Assembly: GCA_039930765.1 (NCBI GenBank)
Contig: JBDTTF010000011.1
Location: 28,815-92,814 of the forward strand
Origin: Gemmatimonadota bacterium
GTDB lineage: Bacteria; Gemmatimonadota; Gemmatimonadetes; Gemmatimonadales; GWC2-71-9
Length of the DNA stretch: 64,000 bases
Direction of reading: 5' to 3'
Numbering within the stretch: the first letter of the stretch is position 1; each line of letters starts with the position of its first letter. The notes below the pieces were generated by a model that was given only the letters and a program-made list of their open reading frames with translations, did not search any database and had not been told where the DNA came from. Positions 51,489 through 60,600 of the stretch are shown one piece after another. Both the position numbers and the translations under genes were made by a program.

Positions 51489-51734
51489 ATGTTCGGGAAT
51501 CTCGGTTTCAGCGAAATCATGTTGATCCTCGTGGTCTGCCTCCTGGTCTTTGGGGCCAAGCGGCTGCCCGAGATCGGCTCGTCGATCGGCAAGGGGATCC
51601 GGGAGTTCAAGAAGAGCATCACCGAGGCCGGCGAGCAGATCAACGCCCCCACCGATGATCGCCAGTTGAACTCGCGGCAGATCGAAACGCCGACACCGAC
51701 GACCACCGGCGAACCGAAGCGGCTGTCCCAGTAA
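51489..51734 (+). CDS. tatA: twin-arginine translocase subunit TatA/E
   Basis: MFGNLGFSEIMLILVVCLLVFGAKRLPEIGSSIGKGIREFKKSI. Confidence 0.9.
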   Translation: MFGNLGFSEIMLILVVCLLVFGAKRLPEIGSSIGKGIREFKKSITEAGEQINAPTDDRQLNSRQIETPTPTTTGEPKRLSQ

Positions 51735-51754
51735 CTGCGGCTGGTCCGGAATGA

Positions 51755-51792
51755 TCAACGCCCCCCTCCCGCCACGGCGGGAGAGGGGCGTT
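51755..51792. terminator. bidirectional hairpin between convergent tatA and ppiD
   Basis: CAACGCCCCCCTCCCGCC-ACGG-CGGGAGAGGGGCGTTG, long GC stem; no clear T-tract. Confidence 0.5.
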
Positions 51793-51809
51793 GTGACGTC
51801 CGGTCGGGG

Positions 51810-53645
51810 TTACTGGCTGGACCGAGTGTTTCTGGCCTGCGCCGCTTCCGCTTGCGCCTCGGTCTGGAGCACCAGAGTCCGCCGATCCTCGATCTTGGCC
51901 GCGCCCTGAAGGGCCGCCAGGTAGTTACGGACCCGGGACTGCCGGTCCAGCTGGATGACCTGAGAACGCAGCGCCTCGAACTCCTTGACGAATTGAGCCG
52001 AGTCAGGTTTGGCGCGGCCGAGTCCAAAGACGACGAATAGCCCGTTGCGCCCTTCGAGCAGGGCACTGGTCTTCCCTGAATCCACCCCGAACGAGGCGCC
52101 GACCACGATCGGCTCAGGCACCGGGGGCGCGATCCGGGTGAACGGGCCGTCGATGTGGTGCGGAATCTTCATCGACTCGGCAGTCGCGGCAAAACTGGCT
52201 CCCTTGGCTACCTGGTCGATCAGCTTCTGACCCATCTGCCGGGCCACGACCAGCTTCTTGGCCTGACGAGTCTGGTAAGTAACGGCGTCCGTGATCTGGG
52301 CCAGCGGCGGGGTCCCGGCCGGGTGCAGGCTGTCCAGCCTGAACAGGTAGTAGCCGTAGGGAACTTCGATGATCCGGCCGGTCTCGCCGACCTTGGCCTG
52401 GAATGCCCAGAGCGCGGCGTCTGGAACCAGCTGGACCCCCGCCTGCACCCGAGAACCTTCTTGAGTCGGGTTGGCGCTGTGCACCTTGAGTCCCAGCACC
52501 CGGGCGGCGGTATCGAGGGCGGCGGGATCAAGCTTTTCCGCGCCAACCCTCTCGAGGCTGTCGGCCTGGGCATCGAGCCGGTCTCGATGGGCACCCTGGA
52601 TCTCGATCGGGATCAGGATATGGCGCCCCTTGGTCTTGGTGCCGTTGCGCTGGGTCACCTCGATCAGGTGGTACCCGTTTTGGGTCAGGACCGGCTCCGA
52701 AACGGTCTTAAGCGGCAATCCAAAGGCCACCTTGTCGAACTCCGGATCCATTGCCCCCTTCGTCCATTCGCCAAGATCGCCGCCCTTGGAGGCGGTGGTG
52801 GTGTCGGCCGATTCCCGCTTGGCCACCTCGGCAAAGTCGACTCCGCCAGTAATTTCGGTGCGCAGAGACTTGGCCCGCTCGAGGGCCGCGGCCGAGTCGG
52901 AGGCGTCGGTGAGGCGGGGGGAAAAGATGTAGCTGAGGTAGGCGGTGCGGGGCCGCTTGAAGTCATCCGGATGGGCCTTGTAATACGCCTCAATTTCGGG
53001 CTGCGACACCGGAGCCAGCGAATCGGGCACCACATCGGCCACGATCAGTGTGGCCAGGTCAATCTTGGCCGTCTGGTGCTGGTCACGAAACCGCTGCCAG
53101 ATTTCGGCGTCCGACGGATACACGTCGGCCGTAACGACTCGGAACAGCTTGCTGCGCATGACTTCGCCGGCATACTGCTGTTCCAGGGCGGGCAGATAGG
53201 GCTGGGCCACGCTGGACTGGAGCCAGCGATGGTACTTGTTGATGTCGAATTTGCCATCGGTCTGGAAGTCCGGCGCCGACTGCAGGGCCGCCGGCGGATC
53301 GGACTGCAGTCGATCAACGATCTCATCAGTGGAGGCGACGATTCCCCGGCGCTTGAATTCACCGGTAATCACCGCTTCCTGGACCAGTTGGTCCCAGACG
53401 TAGTCCCTGACCTGCTGGACATCCTCGGCGCTCAGGGTATTCCCGTTGCGCTGCTGGTCGATGGCCTGCTGGACCATCGAGAGGTAGGCCTTGGTCGGGA
53501 CCGACTTGCCGGCGATCGTTCCGATGCTGCTATTGCCACCGCCGGTGATCTGACCCCAGGGCACAAAGGTGGCAATGAAACCGAACATCAGAATCACCAT
53601 GACCGCGGCGGCAATCTTGGTGCTGAAGGAGCGGACTACTTGCAT
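51810..53645 (-). CDS. ppiD: periplasmic chaperone / peptidyl-prolyl isomerase PpiD (SurA-like, parvulin domain)
   Basis: N-terminal membrane anchor KIAAAVMVILMFGFIATFV, SurA-N-like region, parvulin GGDLGEWTKGAMDPEFDKVAF...GYHLIEV. Confidence 0.8.
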   Translation of the reverse strand: MQVVRSFSTKIAAAVMVILMFGFIATFVPWGQITGGGNSSIGTIAGKSVPTKAYLSMVQQAIDQQRNGNTLSAEDVQQVRDYVWDQLVQEAVITGEFKRRGIVASTDEIVDRLQSDPPAALQSAPDFQTDGKFDINKYHRWLQSSVAQPYLPALEQQYAGEVMRSKLFRVVTADVYPSDAEIWQRFRDQHQTAKIDLATLIVADVVPDSLAPVSQPEIEAYYKAHPDDFKRPRTAYLSYIFSPRLTDASDSAAALERAKSLRTEITGGVDFAEVAKRESADTTTASKGGDLGEWTKGAMDPEFDKVAFGLPLKTVSEPVLTQNGYHLIEVTQRNGTKTKGRHILIPIEIQGAHRDRLDAQADSLERVGAEKLDPAALDTAARVLGLKVHSANPTQEGSRVQAGVQLVPDAALWAFQAKVGETGRIIEVPYGYYLFRLDSLHPAGTPPLAQITDAVTYQTRQAKKLVVARQMGQKLIDQVAKGASFAATAESMKIPHHIDGPFTRIAPPVPEPIVVGASFGVDSGKTSALLEGRNGLFVVFGLGRAKPDSAQFVKEFEALRSQVIQLDRQSRVRNYLAALQGAAKIEDRRTLVLQTEAQAEAAQARNTRSSQ

Positions 53646-53693
53646 GGGGGCTGGCGAACTCCGGACAGGGAATGGGCTGGAAAAACGGCCGTA

Positions 53694-53722
53694 AGTCTAA
53701 GTCCGACAACAGGGAAGCACAA
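53694..53722 (-). promoter_or_regulatory. candidate promoter of ppiD
   Basis: Minus strand TTGTGC (53722-53717), 17-nt spacer, TAGACT (53699-53694). Confidence 0.3.
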
Positions 53723-53743
53723 GCGCAGCCACTCCAGGACCGG

Positions 53744-53772
53744 TTGACAGGTCCGCTGAGCATCGCTAATCT
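53744..53772 (+). promoter_or_regulatory. candidate promoter of the 699-aa TPR gene
   Basis: TTGACA (53744-53749), 17-nt spacer, TAATCT (53767-53772). Confidence 0.45.
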
Positions 53773-53811
53773 TTGTTCAATCCCCACAACAACTTACGGC
53801 CGAGCCCCCGG

Positions 53812-55911
53812 ATGGCGTATACCAGGGAAATCGAGAAGCTGAAGCGCCAATGGGATGAGAATCCCAAGGGCACCTCGTTCGCCCCCCTTGCCGAGCTGTA
53901 TCGCAAGGATGGCCAGCACGATAAGGCCATGGAGGTTCTTCGGGTCGGCCTCGAAAGCAATCCGAGGCACATCCCCGGCAACATCGTCCGGGGCCGCTGC
54001 TGTCTGGACTTGAAGCAGGATGCGGAGGCCGAGGTGGCGTTCCGGCGGGCACTGGAGCTCGACCCGGAAAATGTCATCGCCCTGAAGGCGCTGGCGGACA
54101 TCACGGAACGGGGTGGCCGTCTCGATGAGGCAACGACCTGGCTGCAGCAGCTGGTCTCGGTCGATCCCAGCAACGACGACGCCCGCGATCAGATGACCCG
54201 GGTATCAACGGCCATGGCCGCGCCAGACCCCGAGCCGGAACCGGAGCCCGAACCGGTTGTTGAGCCGGAGCCGCCGGTGATGGCAACGACGGTTGAGTTG
54301 ATCCCGCCCTCATTCGATGAACCATTCACCGTCGAAGCCAGGCCTCCCGCGCCATTCAGCACCCCCTCAGTCGCGGCCGAATCTCTCGGCTTGACGCCGC
54401 CAGCTCCGGATCCATTTGCCGGCGGGGTCGGAACTCACGAGGCTCCGGCCGCCTCGGCGCCGATGGCCGGGTTCGAGTCCGCCGAGTTCGACTCCAGCGC
54501 CGGCCGCGATCTCAAGCCGCAAGGTGTACCCGGCATGCTGATCGAGCATGCGGAGGAAGCCTCCACCGAGCCATTGATCGGGTCAGGCTCATCCGCCCAG
54601 GGTGCCAACCAATCCGGATTCGACGTCGGGTTGGAAAAGGCCGAAGAGATCGTGCTGCGGGGCAGTAGCGCCACCGAGTTCCAGACGGCCAGTGCCAGCG
54701 AGGACATGGCCCAGGGCTTCCGGGTCAGCACCTCGTCGGAATTCCAGACGGCCAGTGCTTCGGAGGACATGGCGTCGGCCTTTGCCGCCAAGGAAGCCGA
54801 GACGGCAGCTCCGGCGAATCCGGAGCCGGTCGAGGAAAGTGTGCCGGTGGCGGCGGAGCTGACTCCTGCCGTTGCCGCCCAGTCGTGGTCACCAGCTGAA
54901 CCGCCAGCGGTGGTGGTTGATGAGCCGCCTGCCGCGGTGATCGATTCGGGAACCGCGGGCGCACCTGAACTGGTCGCGCCTGAAGCACCGGCGATGATGC
55001 CGGTGCCTGAGCCATTCGTGTTCATGGCGCCGGAGGAGGCCGCCGCGGTCGAACCGGCCACGATCGCGAACCAGCCGGAGCCGATTCACCTCGAGTCCGC
55101 GCCCGAATCGCTTCAATTCGACACCACGCCGATCTCACCTGAGATCCACGCCCCCGTGGTGGCCGAGATGGAGCCGTCGTTCGATGCCACTCGCTCGGGT
55201 GAGTCCGGTGGGTTGGCGCAGGCACACGCCGCACTGCCGGATGATCTCAAGATCATCTACCCGCCGGGTCCCACGCAGGCCGCTGAAGCCGATGAACCTG
55301 GAGTTGGCAGCGAGCCGGAGCCGGTCGTCACCGAGACGATGGCCGAGCTCTATCTGCGGCAGGGGCTCCGGCACGAGGCGCTGCGGGTGTTCCGGCAGCT
55401 GGCGGACCGGGCTCCCGGGGATCTTCACCTGCGCGAGCGGGTGACCCAGCTCGAATCGGACCTGGCTGCATTCAGTGCCGGCCGCCGAGCCGCAAGCGGC
55501 ATCACGGCGGCCGCCACCGGCGGCGAATCGGTCGGCTCCTTCTTCCAGGGACTGCTGGGCTCGGCGGTTGGCACCTCAGGGCAGGTGGCGCCGCCGGCGG
55601 CGTCCTCAGTGGAAGCCATGGAGGGCAAAGGCGGCGGAGCGCCGACCCGTCCGGCGCAGGACTCGCTGTCGCTGAGTGCCATTTTCGGTGAGGACGCGTC
55701 GCCGGTTCCGCCGACCGTCAGCAACGGGTCCGAGTCGAATAGCGGCGCGGCTTCCGGCTTGTCGAACGGTGGAGTGTCGTTTGACCAGTTCTTTGGCGAC
55801 CAGCCCGCGTCCGGCGAGATGGCCGGCGCCAACCGTCGGGCCAGTCGGGCCGGCGGCCCGGACGAAGATCTCGACCAGTTCCAGAACTGGCTCAAGAGCC
55901 TGAAGCGCTGA
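53812..55911 (+). CDS. 699-aa TPR protein with long acidic/Pro-rich low-complexity regions
   Basis: N-terminal TPRs (FAPLAELYRKDGQHDKAMEVLRVGLESNP, ALELDPENVIALKALADI), internal TPR-like helix TMAELYLRQGLRHEALRVFRQL, C-terminal EDLDQFQNWLKSLKR; ATG 53812. Confidence 0.7.
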   Translation: MAYTREIEKLKRQWDENPKGTSFAPLAELYRKDGQHDKAMEVLRVGLESNPRHIPGNIVRGRCCLDLKQDAEAEVAFRRALELDPENVIALKALADITERGGRLDEATTWLQQLVSVDPSNDDARDQMTRVSTAMAAPDPEPEPEPEPVVEPEPPVMATTVELIPPSFDEPFTVEARPPAPFSTPSVAAESLGLTPPAPDPFAGGVGTHEAPAASAPMAGFESAEFDSSAGRDLKPQGVPGMLIEHAEEASTEPLIGSGSSAQGANQSGFDVGLEKAEEIVLRGSSATEFQTASASEDMAQGFRVSTSSEFQTASASEDMASAFAAKEAETAAPANPEPVEESVPVAAELTPAVAAQSWSPAEPPAVVVDEPPAAVIDSGTAGAPELVAPEAPAMMPVPEPFVFMAPEEAAAVEPATIANQPEPIHLESAPESLQFDTTPISPEIHAPVVAEMEPSFDATRSGESGGLAQAHAALPDDLKIIYPPGPTQAAEADEPGVGSEPEPVVTETMAELYLRQGLRHEALRVFRQLADRAPGDLHLRERVTQLESDLAAFSAGRRAASGITAAATGGESVGSFFQGLLGSAVGTSGQVAPPAASSVEAMEGKGGGAPTRPAQDSLSLSAIFGEDASPVPPTVSNGSESNSGAASGLSNGGVSFDQFFGDQPASGEMAGANRRASRAGGPDEDLDQFQNWLKSLKR
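54664..54789 (+). repeat. in-frame imperfect tandem duplication, 2 x 63 nt
   Basis: Unit 1 SSATEFQTASASEDMAQGFRV (54664-54726), unit 2 STSSEFQTASASEDMASAFAA (54727-54789); core TTCCAGACGGCCAGTGC identical in both. Confidence 0.75.
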
Positions 55912-56349
55912 ATGCGGATCGCCGTTCTCAACGGCCCCAATCTGAACCTGCTGGGCAGCCGCGAGCCGGAGGTCTATGGCCACGCCACGCTGGCCGAGGT
56001 CGAGTCGCTGGTCCGGGCCGAAGGGCAGCGACTGGGCGCACAGGTTGACTGGCACCAGACCAATCACGAAGGGGTTTTTGTCGACCTGGTCCAGGGCCTC
56101 AAAGGCGGGGCCGATGGCGCGCTGATCAATGCGGCCGCCTTTACTCACACCAGCATGGCCATCCGGGACGCGGTTCTCGCGGTCCAGGTTCCATTCGTCG
56201 AAGTCCATCTCTCCAATATTTTCGCCCGGGAAGCCGAGCGGCGTCATTCCCGGCTGGCGGACCTGGCGGTCGGGATCGTGGCCGGCTTCGGGCCGGAGGG
56301 ATATCTCCTGGGGCTGCGGGGGCTGGTGAGCCGGATCCGTGCCGGCTGA
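55912..56349 (+). CDS. aroQ: type II 3-dehydroquinate dehydratase
   Basis: IAVLNGPNLNLLGSREPEVYG, NHEG, INAAAFTHTS, EVHLSNIFAREAERRHS. Confidence 0.92.
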   Translation: MRIAVLNGPNLNLLGSREPEVYGHATLAEVESLVRAEGQRLGAQVDWHQTNHEGVFVDLVQGLKGGADGALINAAAFTHTSMAIRDAVLAVQVPFVEVHLSNIFAREAERRHSRLADLAVGIVAGFGPEGYLLGLRGLVSRIRAG

Positions 56350-57427
56350 CCGCCGGCCGGAGCGCCTGGCGGCGCTTCGGGGCCTGCTGGAGCGTGAGGT
56401 GCTTGGCGGGCTGCTGATCCAGCACCTTCCCAATATCCGGTACCTGACCGGCTTCACCGGATCGGCGGCGCTGCTGCTTATCCGACCGGCCGATGCGGTG
56501 CTGATTTCGGATTTTCGCTACGCGTCGCAAGCTCCCCAGGAAGCTGGCGACCTGGTGCGGGTCGAAATCGACCAGCACAGCCCCTGGCAGCGGCTGAAGA
56601 AGTTGCTGGCCATCACACCGATCGAGACGCTGGGCTATGAAGGGCACATCGCGACGGTGCGCGATGCGGAACGGATCGCGGGAACCACGACCGGGCGACT
56701 GGTCCCGGCTCCGGAGCTGGTGGAGCGGCTGCGGGCGGCAAAGGCGGTCGAGGAAGTCGGGCTGATCCGCGAAGCCGCCGCGCTGGCCGAGTCGGCGCTG
56801 GCAGTGGTCCTGCCGACGGTCCGAGTCGGGGAGACCGAGATCGCCATCGGGGCACGGCTTGAGCTGGAGTTACGGCTACGGGGCAGTGAATGGCACCCGT
56901 TCCAGACCATCGTTGCCTCGGGGGCTCGTGCCGCGCTGCCCCACGCGCGTACCGGCACCCGGCAGCTGGAAAAGGGCGACTGGCTGCTGCTTGACTTCGG
57001 CGCCCAGGTTGGCGGATACTGTGCCGACATCACTCGCACCGTGGTCGTGGGGGCCAGGGCAAGTGAACGGCAGCGCGCGGTGTATGAGACCGTCCGCACC
57101 GCGCAGAGTCGGGCCATCCAGGGCATCAGGGCCGGGCAGCCGGCCCGGGAGGCGGATGCCCTGGCTCGCGACGTCATTGTACAGAAGGGTTTCGGTGAGG
57201 CGTTCGGCCACTCCCTTGGCCATGGCCTTGGCCTGGAAGTGCATGAGGCGCCGCGCGTGGCACCCAGTTTCGATGACCCGCTGCCGGCCCATGCGGTAGT
57301 CACCATCGAGCCGGGTATCTATCTTCCGGGCTGGGGCGGTGTCCGGCTTGAGGACGACGTCCATCTCGACCCGGCTGGTCCGGTCTGCCTGTCCAGCAAC
57401 CAGACCGAACTCCTCGAACTCGACTAA
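56339..57427 (+). CDS. pepP: Xaa-Pro aminopeptidase (M24B)
   Basis: NIRYLTGFTGS, DFGAQVGGYCADITRT, FGHSLGHGLGLEVHE, TIEPGIY, VRLEDDV; GTG overlaps aroQ by 11 nt. Confidence 0.88.
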   Translation: MPADRRPERLAALRGLLEREVLGGLLIQHLPNIRYLTGFTGSAALLLIRPADAVLISDFRYASQAPQEAGDLVRVEIDQHSPWQRLKKLLAITPIETLGYEGHIATVRDAERIAGTTTGRLVPAPELVERLRAAKAVEEVGLIREAAALAESALAVVLPTVRVGETEIAIGARLELELRLRGSEWHPFQTIVASGARAALPHARTGTRQLEKGDWLLLDFGAQVGGYCADITRTVVVGARASERQRAVYETVRTAQSRAIQGIRAGQPAREADALARDVIVQKGFGEAFGHSLGHGLGLEVHEAPRVAPSFDDPLPAHAVVTIEPGIYLPGWGGVRLEDDVHLDPAGPVCLSSNQTELLELD

Positions 57428-57531
57428 GCACCGTGAAACGATCGCGCAGCTCGACGGCCGCGGCGGCAGCCAAGCCCCGGTCCTCCCGTATCGCCGGCAA
57501 TTCCGAACCGGCCACCCGTGACGACGCGCCT

Positions 57532-58068
57532 ATGAATCCGAGCGAGATGAAGCAGCTGGCGGACCTCCTGCAGCACGTGCCGGGAATCCGCTCCATCGAC
57601 ATCAAGGACGTCAATAAACTGGTGGAACTGCTTCGGGAGACACCCGAGGTCGGTTCGATCGAGGTCAAAGGCTGGTTCGGCACGGGGGTAGTGGTGACGC
57701 GCACGGGAACGACCGGCGTCACCGCCGGCCCCGTGTATCAGGCGCTGCCGCCCGCGGCGGGGCACGCCCCGTCGGCCGGTGATGGCGTTCCGGCGACCGC
57801 CCCTGGCAAGCCGGCTGGGTCAGGACTCAAGGAAATCAAGTCGCCGATGGTGGGCACCTTCTACAAGGCACCGGAGCCCGGGGCCGAGGCCTACGCCAAG
57901 GTTGGCAGCCGGATCAGTGCCGGCCAGACGGTCTGCATCATCGAGGCGATGAAGATCATGAACGAGATCGAGGCGGAGATTTCCGGCGTGATCCGCGAAG
58001 TGCTGGTGGATGATGTCCACCCGGTCGAGTTCGGCCAGGTCCTGTTCCGGGTCGATCCGAATGGCTGA
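57532..58068 (+). CDS. accB: acetyl-CoA carboxylase biotin carboxyl carrier protein
   Basis: Biotinyl-lysine motif CIIEAMKIMNEIEAE, Pro/Ala linker, SPMVGTFY; alternative GTG start 57433. Confidence 0.88.
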   Translation: MNPSEMKQLADLLQHVPGIRSIDIKDVNKLVELLRETPEVGSIEVKGWFGTGVVVTRTGTTGVTAGPVYQALPPAAGHAPSAGDGVPATAPGKPAGSGLKEIKSPMVGTFYKAPEPGAEAYAKVGSRISAGQTVCIIEAMKIMNEIEAEISGVIREVLVDDVHPVEFGQVLFRVDPNG

Positions 58069-59242
58069 TCCGACCGGCGCGACGGGCACCCCGTTCAACT
58101 TCAAGCAGGCCATCTCGCAGATGGTTTCGCGCAACGGTTCCGACCTGCTGCTCAAGGTGGGCCGTCCGCCCACCATCCGGGTCAATGGCGCGCTGGTGGG
58201 CCTCGACATGGCCTTCCTGAAACCGGAGGACCTCAAGACGCTGGCCGAGCAGATCATGACGCCTCGGCAGGTCAAGGAATTCTCCGAGAAGAAGGAAGCC
58301 GATTTTGCCATCGGCGTTCCCGGCGTGGGCCGGTTCCGGACCAATATCTACCAGCAGCGGGGCACGCTGGCCTTTGCCTTCCGGGCCATCCCGTACGAAG
58401 TCAAGACGATCAAGGAGCTGCAGCTGCCGGAGGTGCTGGAGGAGATCGCACTCCGGCCCCGCGGCCTGGTGCTGGTCACTGGGGTGACCGGCTCCGGCAA
58501 GAGCACTGCGCTGGCCGCGATGATCAACCACATCAACCAGAACGAGCGGGTCAACATCATCACGATCGAGGACCCGATCGAATTCCTGCATCGCGACGTC
58601 TCGGCCAACATCTCGCAGCGCGAGGTCGGCAGCGACACCTTGTCGTTCGGTACCGCGCTGCGTCACGTGCTGCGGCAGGATCCGGACGTCATCCTGATCG
58701 GCGAAATCCGGGACCTGGAAACGCTCGACACGGCGCTCAAGGCGGCGGACACCGGCCACCTGGTCTTCTCGACCCTGCATACCACCGACGCCACCCAGAC
58801 CCTCAACCGGATCATCTCGTTCTACCCGCCCCACCAGCACCAGGAGATCCGGATGCTGCTGTCGACGGCGCTGCAGGCGGTGGCCTGCCTGCGGCTGGTG
58901 CCGCGGAAAGACGGCAAGGGCCGGGTGGCCGCCGCCGAAATCCTGATCAATACCGCCGCGGTGGCCGACAACATCCGCGACACCGAGCGGGCCCTCAACA
59001 TTCCCGATCTGATCGCCGAAGGTACGGTGTCCTACGGGATGCAGTCGTTCGACCAGTCACTGATGAAGTGGTACCAGTCCGGCGACATCAGTTACGAGAG
59101 TGCCCTGTTCTACTCGTCCAATCCCAGCGAATTCGCGCTGCGGGTGTCGGGGATCTCGTCGGCGTCCGATCGGACCTTCGGCGACATGAACACCGGCACC
59201 AAGCCCGGCGCCAGCGACAGCAATTCAGGATTCACGCCCTGA
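58061..59242 (+). CDS. pilT: PilT/PilU-family type IV pilus retraction-type ATPase paralogue
   Basis: [17 protein letters not shown], Walker [19 protein letters not shown], Walker [11 protein letters not shown], His box [10 protein letters not shown]; PilT signature AIRNLIRE is degenerate here (AVADNIRD); 8-nt overlap with accB, TGATG junction with accC. Confidence 0.85.
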   Translation: MADPTGATGTPFNFKQAISQMVSRNGSDLLLKVGRPPTIRVNGALVGLDMAFLKPEDLKTLAEQIMTPRQVKEFSEKKEADFAIGVPGVGRFRTNIYQQRGTLAFAFRAIPYEVKTIKELQLPEVLEEIALRPRGLVLVTGVTGSGKSTALAAMINHINQNERVNIITIEDPIEFLHRDVSANISQREVGSDTLSFGTALRHVLRQDPDVILIGEIRDLETLDTALKAADTGHLVFSTLHTTDATQTLNRIISFYPPHQHQEIRMLLSTALQAVACLRLVPRKDGKGRVAAAEILINTAAVADNIRDTERALNIPDLIAEGTVSYGMQSFDQSLMKWYQSGDISYESALFYSSNPSEFALRVSGISSASDRTFGDMNTGTKPGASDSNSGFTP

Positions 59243-60600
59243 TGTTCAAGAAGGTGCTGATCGCCAATCGCGGCGAGATTGCCCTGCGGGTCATTCGGGC
59301 CTGCCGCGAGCTTGGAATCGAAACGGTGGCGGTGTACAGCGAGGCCGATCGCGAGTCGCTGCACGTCCGCTTTGCCGACGACGATGTCTGCATCGGGCCG
59401 CCGCCCAGCCGCCAGTCCTACCTCCGCATTCCCAGCCTGATCGCCGCGGCCGAGATTACCGGCGCCGACGCCATCCATCCGGGCTACGGGTTCCTGGCCG
59501 AAAACGCCGAGTTTGCCGAAACCTGCCGGGCCTCGAACATCGCATTCATCGGTCCCACGCCCGAGCAGATCCGCAGCATGGGCGACAAGGCCACCGCCAA
59601 GCGGCTGGCCCAGGCAGCCAATGTGCCGACGGTGCCGGGCTCGGTCGGGACCGTGGCGGATCTCGACGCCGCCATCGCGGTGGCCGAGTCGATCGGCTTT
59701 CCGGTCATCATCAAGGCCACGGCCGGCGGGGGCGGGAAGGGCATGCGGATCGCGCTCGACGCCGAGCAGTTTGGCCAGTCATTCTCGCTGGCCCAGAACG
59801 AGGCGCTGAGCGCCTTTGGCAACGGCGAGGTCTACATCGAGAAGTACCTGAGCCGGCCCCGCCACGTCGAGATCCAGATCATGGGAGACACCCACGGCAG
59901 GGTGACCCACCTCGGCGAGCGGGACTGCTCGGTCCAGCGTCGCCATCAGAAGCTGATCGAGGAAAGCCCGTCGCCCGCACTGACCACCGAGACCCGCCGC
60001 CAGATGGGCGATGCAGCCGTGATGCTGGCCTCGGCCATCAACTACGTCGGGGCGGGCACCATCGAATTCCTGCTCGATGAAACCGGCGAGTTCTACTTCA
60101 TGGAAATGAACACCCGGATCCAGGTCGAACATCCGGTGACCGAGATGGTCACCAGCTTCGACCTGGTGAAGGAACAGATCCGGGTGGCGGCCGGCGAACA
60201 TCTGTCGTTCAAGGGCGATGGATCCCGGCTACGGGGGCACGCCATCGAGTGCCGGGTGAATGCCGAAGACCCCTATCGCAACTTCCAGCCCTGTCCCGGG
60301 CAGATCACGGCGTACCATCCGCCGGGTGGTCCCGGGGTCCGGGTCGACACCCACGTCTATGCCGGCTACACCGTGCCGCCGTACTATGATTCGCTGCTGG
60401 CTAAGGTGATCGTCCACGGCAACGACCGGGAAGAGGCGCTCAACCGCATGGCCCAGGCACTCGACAGCTTCATCCTCGAGGGCGTGACCACCACCATTCC
60501 GTTCCTCGCCAGGATCATCCGCCATCCGGACTTCGTGGCCGGCAACGTGGATACCAAATTCCTGGAGCGGCAGCCGGAGCTGTTCCAGCCGGCCAAATGA
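59242..60600 (+). CDS. accC: acetyl-CoA carboxylase biotin carboxylase subunit
   Basis: [48 protein letters not shown]. Confidence 0.96.
   Translation: MFKKVLIANRGEIALRVIRACRELGIETVAVYSEADRESLHVRFADDDVCIGPPPSRQSYLRIPSLIAAAEITGADAIHPGYGFLAENAEFAETCRASNIAFIGPTPEQIRSMGDKATAKRLAQAANVPTVPGSVGTVADLDAAIAVAESIGFPVIIKATAGGGGKGMRIALDAEQFGQSFSLAQNEALSAFGNGEVYIEKYLSRPRHVEIQIMGDTHGRVTHLGERDCSVQRRHQKLIEESPSPALTTETRRQMGDAAVMLASAINYVGAGTIEFLLDETGEFYFMEMNTRIQVEHPVTEMVTSFDLVKEQIRVAAGEHLSFKGDGSRLRGHAIECRVNAEDPYRNFQPCPGQITAYHPPGGPGVRVDTHVYAGYTVPPYYDSLLAKVIVHGNDREEALNRMAQALDSFILEGVTTTIPFLARIIRHPDFVAGNVDTKFLERQPELFQPAK

Noticed and set aside
52155-53747. 530-aa plus-strand ORF antisense to ppiD, and 490-aa minus-strand ORF 48393-49865 antisense to the TPR gene
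   Set aside because: Same reasoning as above. The opposite-strand genes have signal/TM and domain motifs; these ORFs have none.
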